From a virus, in the IMG/VR virus record IMGVR_UViG_3300022777_000088: a DNA stretch of 28,288 nucleotides. One strand, written 5' to 3'. Made by a program: the position numbers and the translations under genes. Numbering within the stretch: the first letter of the stretch is position 1; each line of letters starts with the position of its first letter. This document shows, in pieces, positions 16,125 to 23,104 of this stretch. The notes below the pieces were generated by a model. That model had not been told where the DNA came from and searched no databases. It saw only the letters and a program-made list of their open reading frames with translations.

Positions 16125-16352
16125 ATGCCTACAATCGAAGAGGTACGCGCGAATCTTGAAGACATCAAATCCAACTCCGACGACGACACTCGAAGTCGTG
16201 CGGCGGCATTTCTTCTTCGTCGCGCTCAACTTCCGGGATCAGATGCCGATGACTTGATTGAAACGGTCCGGAGGCTTGGCAGCGAAGAGGAAGTGATGGA
16301 AGATTCCCCACAACTCAAGCAAGAGATCCTGAACATTGTCAATAATCTGTAA
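16125..16352 (+). CDS. Hypothetical protein
   Basis: SD-like AAGGA before ATG; coupled to next ORF. Confidence 0.7.
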   Translation: MPTIEEVRANLEDIKSNSDDDTRSRAAAFLLRRAQLPGSDADDLIETVRRLGSEEEVMEDSPQLKQEILNIVNNL

Positions 16353-16702
16353 TGGATGTTCTCAAGGAAACGTTCTCTGAAAGCAGTCTCGAATCCGATT
16401 CGGTTGAAGAAGAGATTGAGGCTGTAAAAGAGCAGCTTCGCGACACGCAGCCTGCAGACGACATCGATTTTTACATTGACCACGCGGGCGTCGCCGTGAT
16501 GAAGTTCGGCCCGACTCTGAAAGAGGAAATCCCGAGAACAGGATTCGAGAAAGGATCCGACGTGAAGCGGCTGATGCGCAAGCTCGAAGATCTCGCTTAC
16601 GCGAAAGAGCACGGAGAGTTTCCGGAGTCCGCCCCCCGATATACGCTTATCGGTCACGAACCGAACGAGAGAGAGCAAAAGGCCGAAGAGCACAATGTTT
16701 AG
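16352..16702 (+). CDS. Acidic hypothetical protein
   Basis: TAATG coupling. Confidence 0.7.
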   Translation: MDVLKETFSESSLESDSVEEEIEAVKEQLRDTQPADDIDFYIDHAGVAVMKFGPTLKEEIPRTGFEKGSDVKRLMRKLEDLAYAKEHGEFPESAPRYTLIGHEPNEREQKAEEHNV

Positions 16703-17126
16703 TAGTAAACTGAAGAGTTGGAAGAAATATCGAATCCGAAGAGGCTGGCACGAGTGGTTCGCTTGGTATCCAGTTCCTTTGTACGGCGAAACGGGGTTCG
16801 CGTGGTTTCGCACCGTTGAGCGAAAGTATTATCAGACACACGGTTGCACAGCGGTCAAGAAAGGGCTGAACGAAAGTCAAGTCAAGCCTTGGCGTTCGGT
16901 GGACGTGATGTATCGATCGGTCGGGTCAAACGCCGAGAGAACATGTTATATCACGAAAGGTGGGACGCTCTGGCGAGATTCCAAAGAGCTTATGCGGGAG
17001 ATTTCAGATCGAAAATGGGACCGAATCAGCCGTTCTCTTGACGCTCTTGAAAGCCAACAATCCTTCGATCGCGAGAAATTGCAAGCTCATGAACTTGAAT
17101 ATATGAGAGACTGTGGTAAGTTTTGA
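16695..17126 (+). CDS. Hypothetical protein with WFAWxPV motif and C-terminal HExxY
   Basis: 'WHEWFAWYPV..FAWFRTVERK'; 'KLQAHELEYMR'. Confidence 0.7.
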   Translation: MFSSKLKSWKKYRIRRGWHEWFAWYPVPLYGETGFAWFRTVERKYYQTHGCTAVKKGLNESQVKPWRSVDVMYRSVGSNAERTCYITKGGTLWRDSKELMREISDRKWDRISRSLDALESQQSFDREKLQAHELEYMRDCGKF

Positions 17127-17332
17127 TTCGATTTGAGTTTAACTAAACATCAATTGGAATGTTCAATTGTGACGCAATGAAACCGCCGATCTTGACAAAA
17201 ACGTGAACTTCTGATTGAAGAAAATGTGAAGAAGGTTTGGTATTTGGAACTGGTCGGCCGAGTGTGCGTGTAAGTAGTGGATTTAGAAAGAGGGGGACTT
17301 GAGAGACTTTCCAACCAACCGACCTTGAGACA

Positions 17333-17686
17333 ATGACTATTCTTCGCGTTTACAGAACCGACATTTACAGGGGGATTGAAGATCACGGCACGGTTGACTT
17401 CATTTTTGATGAAGACGACGAATACGCTGGCCTTGACGATTTTGACAGCGAGCCGTATCAGAAGGACGTGCTTCGCGAAGACACGAAGTATGACCACGTG
17501 GATCACAATCTGGAAATCGTGACGCTTTCCGAAATGCGGAAAATGAAAGAAGAGCTTGAAGAAGAGATTAGCGAGCTTGAAGAGAAGCGCAACACGGTTG
17601 AAGATGCGTTGGATAGGGTTGACGATTCGCGGGGTCCTAACGACTACGACAACCCGAGTTGCGCTGCTGAAGGCATTGGTCGGTAG
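17333..17686 (+). CDS. Acidic hypothetical protein with coiled coil
   Basis: 117 aa ORF. Confidence 0.7.
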   Translation: MTILRVYRTDIYRGIEDHGTVDFIFDEDDEYAGLDDFDSEPYQKDVLREDTKYDHVDHNLEIVTLSEMRKMKEELEEEISELEEKRNTVEDALDRVDDSRGPNDYDNPSCAAEGIGR

Positions 17687-17697
17687 TGTAAAAAGAA

Positions 17698-17747
17698 TAT
17701 GAAGAAAGCGGGGGGGATTTGACTTTCACCTTGCCGCCTCTTATAAT
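17698..17747 (+). promoter_or_regulatory. sigma70-type promoter with upstream TATGAAGAA element
   Basis: TTGACT(17719-24)-17 nt-TATAAT(17742-47). Confidence 0.85.
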
Positions 17748-17779
17748 GGCTATTGCACGATGGAGGGAAGGGAAGACAC

Positions 17780-17791
17780 GTTCTTTGACAT
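17780..17791 (+). promoter_or_regulatory. boxA-like antitermination site
   Basis: GTTCTTTGACAT ~30 nt after the promoter; similar sites at 18763 and 19237. Confidence 0.55.
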
Positions 17792-17797
17792 GCGAAA

Positions 17798-18669
17798 AAA
17801 GGCAGTAGGTCCGAGCAAGGGACAGGACCGAAAGCTGGAAACAGGTCTCCGTTAAGGATGGTTCGAATCCATTTTAGCCTTTGAGCCCTCTCTGGCAACG
17901 GGACTGGACGGTTCGAATCCGTAAGCAAAACGATCAAACTGCTGGTTTCGTGCTGGCGAGCTGGCAACTCTTGTTCTTGTTTTGACTTGATAAAGGACGG
18001 TTAGATTCCGTTCTGCAAGAACAAGATAAGGGGACTAGCCTAAATCGAAATGGCTCATAATTCCATTGACGCCCACTACGAAACACGCGCCATCGGACAT
18101 ACAGCTTTCAAAAATGTCCGATTTCTTTTGCCTTAGAAGGGTGAAGAGAGAGGTTACTGAAGCCACGGGCATTAGCACCGTGAGTTGAAACCCTCTATAA
18201 AAAGACTGATGCCGGGCTGATCGGGAAGCCGCCATCGACGCGGTTTTATGGTCAGGTTCAACTTCCACCCAGCTCGGCTGGCCCGTTGCGGCCTACCGTC
18301 GTCGTTTCGTCAGAAGAAAAGTGACCGTCGCCTGATCAGCGACACGGAGCGGATTGGACGGCGAAACGACGGCTCGCAAACGCAACTTATATAGGCTCCG
18401 AACTTGGCGGTCTCACAGACTACGGTTCGAATCCGTTTTCATGGATCATAAAGAGGGTTCAAGTCCCTCCGAGCCTACAAACCAGGTTCACGCCTACTGT
18501 GAAGGGTTTCCCAAGCATATGGTTGGCACTGCTCAAAAGTCAGACGGGGTTCGAATCCCAAGTGAGCTGTTCGCGGACGGTTCCGTGAACCAACGCTTTG
18601 CTTTTTCGCGAACACGTTTTCCGAAATGAAGTTTGAAGGATACTGGAACCAAGGCGGGGCTTCAAATTT
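17798..18669 (+). ncRNA. Large structured non-coding region / array of T-loop-containing RNA modules
   Basis: No credible ORF; seven T-loop-like motifs, most in hairpins; consecutive long closing stems; driven by a strong promoter and boxA-like site. Confidence 0.75.
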
Positions 18670-18695
18670 AAGAGAATGTGAAGAAACTTGAAGTT

Positions 18696-18739
18696 GTTTG
18701 ACATCGGGCTTGCGCTTCCCTACATTGGGTAGTGCGATA
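18696..18739 (+). promoter_or_regulatory. sigma70 promoter, copy 1 of a 44-bp direct repeat
   Basis: TTGACA(18698)-17 nt-TACATT(18721); 43/44 identical to 19091-19134. Confidence 0.85.
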
Positions 18740-18865
18740 CTTGGGGAGAGAGAAAAACGAAATGTTCTTTGACTTTGTGGGATACGACAACGGAGCGGAA
18801 GGTTGACTACCGATACGCTGCCGTTGGTGCCGACGCGTCTAGTCAGCGCTTCAGGCTGTCAAGCG

Positions 18866-18942
18866 AACCCGTTAGCTCAGTTCGGTAGAGCGCCCGTGCT
18901 TATGCGCGGGGTCGGTCGTCGGTTCAAATCCTTCACGGGTTT
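18866..18942 (+). pseudogene. Aberrant tRNA (non-7-nt anticodon loop, mismatched T stem)
   Basis: AACCCGT/ACGGGTT, normal D arm; CCCGTGC-TTAT-GCGCGGG; T stem GTCGG/CCTTC with two mismatches. Confidence 0.65.
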
Positions 18943-18947
18943 GCACG

Positions 18948-19050
18948 CTGCCATTAGCTCAAGTTGGTAGAGCGGCGTCATTGAAGGCGTGAACCCAAAG
19001 CATGGTGTCTTTGGGTTTAGTTGTTGCGGGTTCAAATCCCGCATGGCAGT
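18948..19050 (+). ncRNA. Aberrant class-II-like tRNA (6-nt loop ATTGAA, very long variable arm); Ser(TGA)-like?
   Basis: CTGCCAT/ATGGCAG; GCGTC-ATTGAA-GGCGT; variable arm GAACCCAAAG...CTTTGGGTTT; GCGGG-TTCAAAT-CCCGC. Confidence 0.65.
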
Positions 19051-19090
19051 TTTTTCAATCCCACATTCTTTTGTGAAGAAAAAATAAGCC

Positions 19091-19134
19091 GTTTGACATT
19101 GGGCTTGCGCTTCCCTACATTGGGTAGTGCGATA
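19091..19134 (+). promoter_or_regulatory. sigma70 promoter, copy 2 of the 44-bp direct repeat
   Basis: TTGACA(19093)-17 nt-TACATT(19116). Confidence 0.85.
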
Positions 19135-19154
19135 GAAGGAAAGAAAAAACATAC

Positions 19155-19229
19155 AGGTCCGCAGTTCAGTTTGGAGTGAACGCTTCCCTGTCACGGAAGA
19201 GATCGCGGGTTCAAATCCCGTCGGATCTG
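19155..19229 (+). tRNA. tRNA-Asp(GTC)
   Basis: AGGTCCG/CGGATCT, G73; CTTCC-CTGTCAC-GGAAG; C instead of U at position 8. Confidence 0.92.
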
Positions 19230-19249
19230 CAATCTATGTTCTTTACTTT

Positions 19250-19389
19250 GCGGTCGTGTGGCGAGCAATCGGCAATCGCCGTCATTACCAAAGTCGTTAG
19301 CTACGGCGTTTGGCGTCAAATCGGATAGCCTCCGAAAACACATGTGACCTAGCGGCTCATGTGTGCGGGTTCAAGTCCCGCCGTCCGCG
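19250..19389 (+). ncRNA. Expanded tRNA-like RNA with three UAGC-loop hairpins
   Basis: Acceptor GCGGTCG/CGTCCGC, D-like arm GGCGA/TCGCC, T arm GCGGG-TTCAAGT-CCCGC; three internal hairpins with TAGC loops. Confidence 0.7.
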
Positions 19390-19456
19390 CATTGACATTA
19401 CGGTGCCTCCGTAGAGCCCGCGCGTTTCTTCTTTTCAAGCACAAAAGCAGTAATTA

Positions 19457-19936
19457 ATGCATAAGGTTTTTCGAAAAGTCAAGGAAAACCTCACTTTTGC
19501 CTTCGATTATCGGGTTAAAATGATCGATAACATACTGACAGTCCACTTTGACACGGTTGAAATTTCAGTGGCTTTTTTTGATCATACGAAATTCAAAATC
19601 CATAAGATTCAAGACGTAACTGACGAAAAAATCGAAAACGGGGAAGTTACTTATGATGTCACTGGACTTTACAAAGACGAAGGGTTCAGTGCGGGATATC
19701 GTTCGGGAACAATAACAAATAACTCTTACAAAGAACTAAGCTTTGAGATATACAAAAAGATCCTTGAGGTGAAGAAGCATCTTCACGAAAACAAAGAAGA
19801 TGAGGTTTCTCAGTTTGAAGATATAATTGAAAATGCGGAACCTGTTGATTCAGAAGCGCAACACGAGATCGATGCTTGGCTGGCAGCAGATTCAGAGGAA
19901 GAATGTGAACTGCTTTCTGATGTAAACCTAAACTGA
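19457..19936 (+). CDS. Hypothetical protein
   Basis: 159 aa ORF. Confidence 0.7.
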   Translation: MHKVFRKVKENLTFAFDYRVKMIDNILTVHFDTVEISVAFFDHTKFKIHKIQDVTDEKIENGEVTYDVTGLYKDEGFSAGYRSGTITNNSYKELSFEIYKKILEVKKHLHENKEDEVSQFEDIIENAEPVDSEAQHEIDAWLAADSEEECELLSDVNLN

Positions 19937-19940
19937 TACA

Positions 19941-20582
19941 ATGGGACGGTTACTCAACACATTGAAGTACGACATTCATTACGAAACGACCATCGACCGT
20001 GGCGACGCCCCGTATGGTCGTGACGACGAGATTGTCGATGTCACTTTCAAGAGCGGAATCGATTCCGATAAGTTCGGTGACGTGTATCGCCGCAATTTTG
20101 ACGGCACGGATCGTCAAGAGCGTGCGTACGGATATGCGGCTTCTCGAATCGGATCTATGGATGGCGTATGGAATTCGGACTACTGGCAAGCGGAAGTTGA
20201 GTGGGGATACTATGGTCAAGAGGTTCGCGGGGTTCGCCATGATTACGAAGAAAGAATCGCCCGGCGGCTTGAGAAGTGTGAGAACATGATTCTTGACGAG
20301 GAGATTCGCGAAACGGTGCTCCAGCTTCTCGAATGGGAGTACGGATTTGTTCTTGATCCTCTCAAGCAAGCAGACTTCTCCGAAGAGCGAGTGAGAGCGG
20401 ATGAACTTCACACGCCGAATGAGCGCTACGCCGGAAAGGTAAGCGACGGTGATTATGAAGTAAACACTGATTGGCCGATTGGCGTGTATCTTGACCGTGA
20501 AGTGATTGACGGCTACAACCGACTCGCGCATCTTCGCTCTGAAAATCCGAATCAAACTGTTTGGATCTACAACTTTTCATGA
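19941..20582 (+). CDS. Hypothetical protein with possible C-terminal ParB/Srx-like domain
   Basis: 'WPIGVY..EVIDGYNRL' resembles the ParB/Srx DG(H/Y)xR motif. Confidence 0.55.
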   Translation: MGRLLNTLKYDIHYETTIDRGDAPYGRDDEIVDVTFKSGIDSDKFGDVYRRNFDGTDRQERAYGYAASRIGSMDGVWNSDYWQAEVEWGYYGQEVRGVRHDYEERIARRLEKCENMILDEEIRETVLQLLEWEYGFVLDPLKQADFSEERVRADELHTPNERYAGKVSDGDYEVNTDWPIGVYLDREVIDGYNRLAHLRSENPNQTVWIYNFS

Positions 20583-20875
20583 TGAAAAACCAGTGGGTAA
20601 AGTACTTCCGGATTCCTTGGACGTGGAAAGGCGTTGAGCTTGAAGCGTATGATAATCCGAAGACGGATAATGGTTCCGACCGAATCGACACCTGGAACCT
20701 TGAAATAAGGCGTCGACGCCGAATCGATCACGCTGGCATTGAGTTTGAACTTGAAGGCACAGAGCGGGTTTACCATTTGAGCATCTATGACACCCGCCAC
20801 TGGAACAGTGAAGAAGAGAGGTGGAAAGAATACAACTGGAGCGATAAGTATAACGACTACGTGCCAGCAGAATAA
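20579..20875 (+). CDS. Hypothetical protein
   Basis: ATGA overlap; Trp-rich. Confidence 0.7.
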   Translation: MMKNQWVKYFRIPWTWKGVELEAYDNPKTDNGSDRIDTWNLEIRRRRRIDHAGIEFELEGTERVYHLSIYDTRHWNSEEERWKEYNWSDKYNDYVPAE

Positions 20876-20889
20876 TTTGGAAACATGTT

Positions 20890-21024
20890 TTGGGTACTAT
20901 CGCGATCTTCGCTTTTCTGAAAAAGTTGGCCTTCGTGAAGCGAAGAACAAGCTTGTGCCTGAGTGACGCCGAAACGCGCTTTTTCAGGCATGAGAAGATG
21001 TACGGTCAAAAACGACTCACTTGA
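20890..21024 (+). CDS. Putative HExxY-motif microprotein (44 aa, TTG start)
   Basis: Own translation (M)GTIAIFAFLKKLAFVKRRTSLCLSDAETRFFRHEKMYGQKRLT. Confidence 0.4.
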   Translation: MGTIAIFAFLKKLAFVKRRTSLCLSDAETRFFRHEKMYGQKRLT

Positions 21025-21071
21025 AATCATAGAGCAAACCGAATTGACACTGAGACAATACACAAACCGAT

Positions 21072-21299
21072 ATGTTTGATTCCGAAAAGCAACGACAAGA
21101 GGTTCTTGAACAGCTTGACAGCGTTCGTAAGAGCGGCGAAGTGAACATGATGGATGCCGTTGGGGTCCAACGTGTAGCGTATGAGAAAGACTTGCATGCG
21201 CTTGTGAGCTTTCTTGGCTCTAACCCCGGACGTGGAACCGATTATATAGAACTTCTTGATGAATTTGAAAAATATATTGAAACCAATGATGAAGGTTAA
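21072..21299 (+). CDS. DUF5049-like protein
   Basis: 'VLEQLDSVRKSGEVNMMDAVGVQRVAYEKDLHALVSFL'. Confidence 0.7.
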   Translation: MFDSEKQRQEVLEQLDSVRKSGEVNMMDAVGVQRVAYEKDLHALVSFLGSNPGRGTDYIELLDEFEKYIETNDEG

Positions 21300-21480
21300 C
21301 AAAGACGCATACGTAGAAGACGATTTCAAAGACGACGCCCTTGCTTTTGCAATGGCTCTTGGCAAAATGGAAGCCCACTTGACGGGGCTTGCGGAAAAAG
21401 TGGAGATGGGGGCAAATCCAGAAGCGGAAGAGTATTTGGAAGCGCTGAAAGAAGACGGGTACATTCATGATGATTCTTGA
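21286..21480 (+). CDS. Hypothetical protein
   Basis: Overlapping ORF chain. Confidence 0.65.
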   Translation: MMKVNKDAYVEDDFKDDALAFAMALGKMEAHLTGLAEKVEMGANPEAEEYLEALKEDGYIHDDS

Positions 21481-21739
21481 TCCATCCGACGAAAACGTCA
21501 ATCTTACGGAAGGCATTCCACGTGGAACAGAAGATCCAGGATTTCCCGGCGGAGACTTTGAAGGGGAGCGGTGGCTTTGGCTGTACGTGAACTGGGAAAC
21601 AGAAAGTCCCGAAGCGGTTTCCGAAGAAGAGGCCAAAGAGCGAGACTTCGCTGTGCTGTATGACGGAGAGGAACGTTCGCTTCAGTACCGCCGCAAAGAC
21701 AAGCAGTTTCTTTACTTCAAGGCAAGATACGAGCCATGA
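21467..21739 (+). CDS. Hypothetical protein
   Basis: Overlapping ORF chain. Confidence 0.7.
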   Translation: MMILDPSDENVNLTEGIPRGTEDPGFPGGDFEGERWLWLYVNWETESPEAVSEEEAKERDFAVLYDGEERSLQYRRKDKQFLYFKARYEP

Positions 21740-22008
21740 AACACGTTTCCGTTGAAGACTGGCACGCCCTTTACTATGACGGCGAGCTTATCTATTCGTG
21801 GTTCAACACGAAGCTCGACAAAGTGGCGAACATGCAAAATCTTCTGGACACTTTGAGCCGCCACGGCGTGAACTTCGAAGAAGAAGGGGTGATCAAAGAA
21901 TACGCTGGCAAGAGAGTTCGCGAACGGCTCATCAAAGATAAGGGATGGCCGGAAACCTACGAAGAGCTTGACGAAATGTGGGATATGGGCCTTTACGCTC
22001 TGGGTTGA
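21736..22008 (+). CDS. Hypothetical protein
   Basis: ATGA overlap; 'DWHALYYDGELI'. Confidence 0.7.
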   Translation: MKHVSVEDWHALYYDGELIYSWFNTKLDKVANMQNLLDTLSRHGVNFEEEGVIKEYAGKRVRERLIKDKGWPETYEELDEMWDMGLYALG

Positions 22009-22046
22009 TTTTCTCTCCCGAGGACATATATAAGAATACGAAGCAA

Positions 22047-22119
22047 GCAGCGGTAGCTCAAGTGGCAGAGCGTCGCCCTTCCAAGGCGAGGGCTGAGGCT
22101 TCGACTGCCTCCCGTTGCT
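22047..22119 (+). tRNA. tRNA-Gly(TCC)
   Basis: GCAGCGG/CCGTTGC, U73; TCGCC-CTTCCAA-GGCGA; unusual C53:G61. Confidence 0.9.
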
Positions 22120-22125
22120 CTACAT

Positions 22126-22199
22126 TCCGGGGTAGTTCAATTTGGCAGAACGCTCGGCTGTTAACCGAGTCGCTGTTGGTTCGAGTCCAGCCCTCGGAG
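22126..22199 (+). tRNA. tRNA-Asn(GTT)
   Basis: TCCGGGG/CCTCGGA, G73; CTCGG-CTGTTAA-CCGAG. Confidence 0.95.
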
Positions 22200-22221
22200 C
22201 GATAAAGAAAGTGTGAACTGT

Positions 22222-22250
22222 TTGACATTGTTCATTGTTTGTATTAGATT
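22222..22250 (+). promoter_or_regulatory. sigma70-type promoter
   Basis: TTGACA-17 nt-TAGATT. Confidence 0.75.
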
Positions 22251-22256
22251 GCCTAT

Positions 22257-22375
22257 TGGAAAGTGAGTTGGGGATAGCCGGAAATCGCCGCTCGCGAGTA
22301 CAAGAGTCGCCGCTGCAGGGACTCTCAAAAGAAGAGCAGAGCATCGGGGATAGCTTCCACGATGAGCGCTTTCCA
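22257..22375 (+). ncRNA. Candidate small structured RNA with GGATAGC motifs
   Basis: Closing stem TGGAAAGTG/CGCTTTCCA begins at the predicted TSS; GGATAGC twice, TCGCCGCT twice. Confidence 0.5.
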
Positions 22376-22397
22376 GCGCTATATCAAATAGGAACCA

Positions 22398-22472
22398 CGG
22401 GACGTAGCTCAGTCTGGTCAGAGCCCCGATCTGATACGTCGGTAGTCGGTGGTTCAAATCCATCCGTCCCGA
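22398..22472 (+). tRNA. tRNA-Ile(GAT)
   Basis: CGGGACG/CGTCCCG, A73; CCGAT-CTGATAC-GTCGG. Confidence 0.9.
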
Positions 22473-22506
22473 CTTCTTTTCTGTTCTATTGAGGCTTCTC
22501 AGGCTA

Positions 22507-22743
22507 ATGATGACAAAAGAAAACGCCGAAACGTTTGTCCATAACATCAATGAGGCATTTTCGAGTACAGATCACGTGAAAGCGTGGTCGGAAGTTCATG
22601 GTCAAAGTGAAGCGGAAGTCGTTGTGCAAGTAGATTATGAGGAACAGCAGCGGCTTCATCTTCAAAGTGATCATCAAGCACTGGCTGTTTTCCAGTTAAT
22701 CTATGCGGCAAAGAAAGAGGGACTGCACGACGGTTTGACATAG
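22507..22743 (+). CDS. Hypothetical protein
   Basis: ATG 22507/22510. Confidence 0.6.
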   Translation: MMTKENAETFVHNINEAFSSTDHVKAWSEVHGQSEAEVVVQVDYEEQQRLHLQSDHQALAVFQLIYAAKKEGLHDGLT

Positions 22744-22938
22744 AAATACAAAGAGAAAATCAAAGACAACTTGCCCTTTTGAAGCTGCCGCAAGAGTTTG
22801 ACCGTATATGCGAATCTCTATCACGAAAGCCAATCCCGATAGAGGAAGTGTTGCGGCGAAGTGCGGTAACTGTGGATGAAGGATGGAAGGTCATTTTGTT
22901 ATCATCGCTACACGGGCGGTGTTTGTTTTCTCGTATAT

Positions 22939-23011
22939 GGGGGTATAGCTCAGTCGGTAGAGCACCTGTTTTGCACGCAGGCGGTCAAGAGTTCGAATCT
23001 CTTTACCTCCA
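22939..23011 (+). tRNA. tRNA-Ala(TGC), canonical
   Basis: GGGGGTA/TACCTCC with G3:U70, A73; CCTGT-TTTGCAC-GCAGG. Confidence 0.95.
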
Positions 23012-23104
23012 CTACGTAGGCATTTCAGTTCTTGTCTACTTTGTCGCCCTTTGGCGATACACTCTTGCGAGAAGCAGTCTTGAATCAAAAATAACAACAT
23101 AAGA

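Noticed and set aside
18030-18278. tmRNA (GGGCTGA...GGTTCAACT...CAGCTC resemblance)
   Set aside because: The tmRNA-like ends are only ~60 nt apart and I found no convincing tag reading frame; a permuted or minimal form needs an Rfam/ARAGORN test.
18354-18629. 91-aa ORF in the structured region
   Set aside because: TTG start, composition unlike the acidic proteome, overlaps multiple RNA stems.
23031-23050. Pho box upstream of the TonB-dependent receptor
   Set aside because: TTGTC repeats are 9 bp apart, not 11, and match CTGTCAT poorly.
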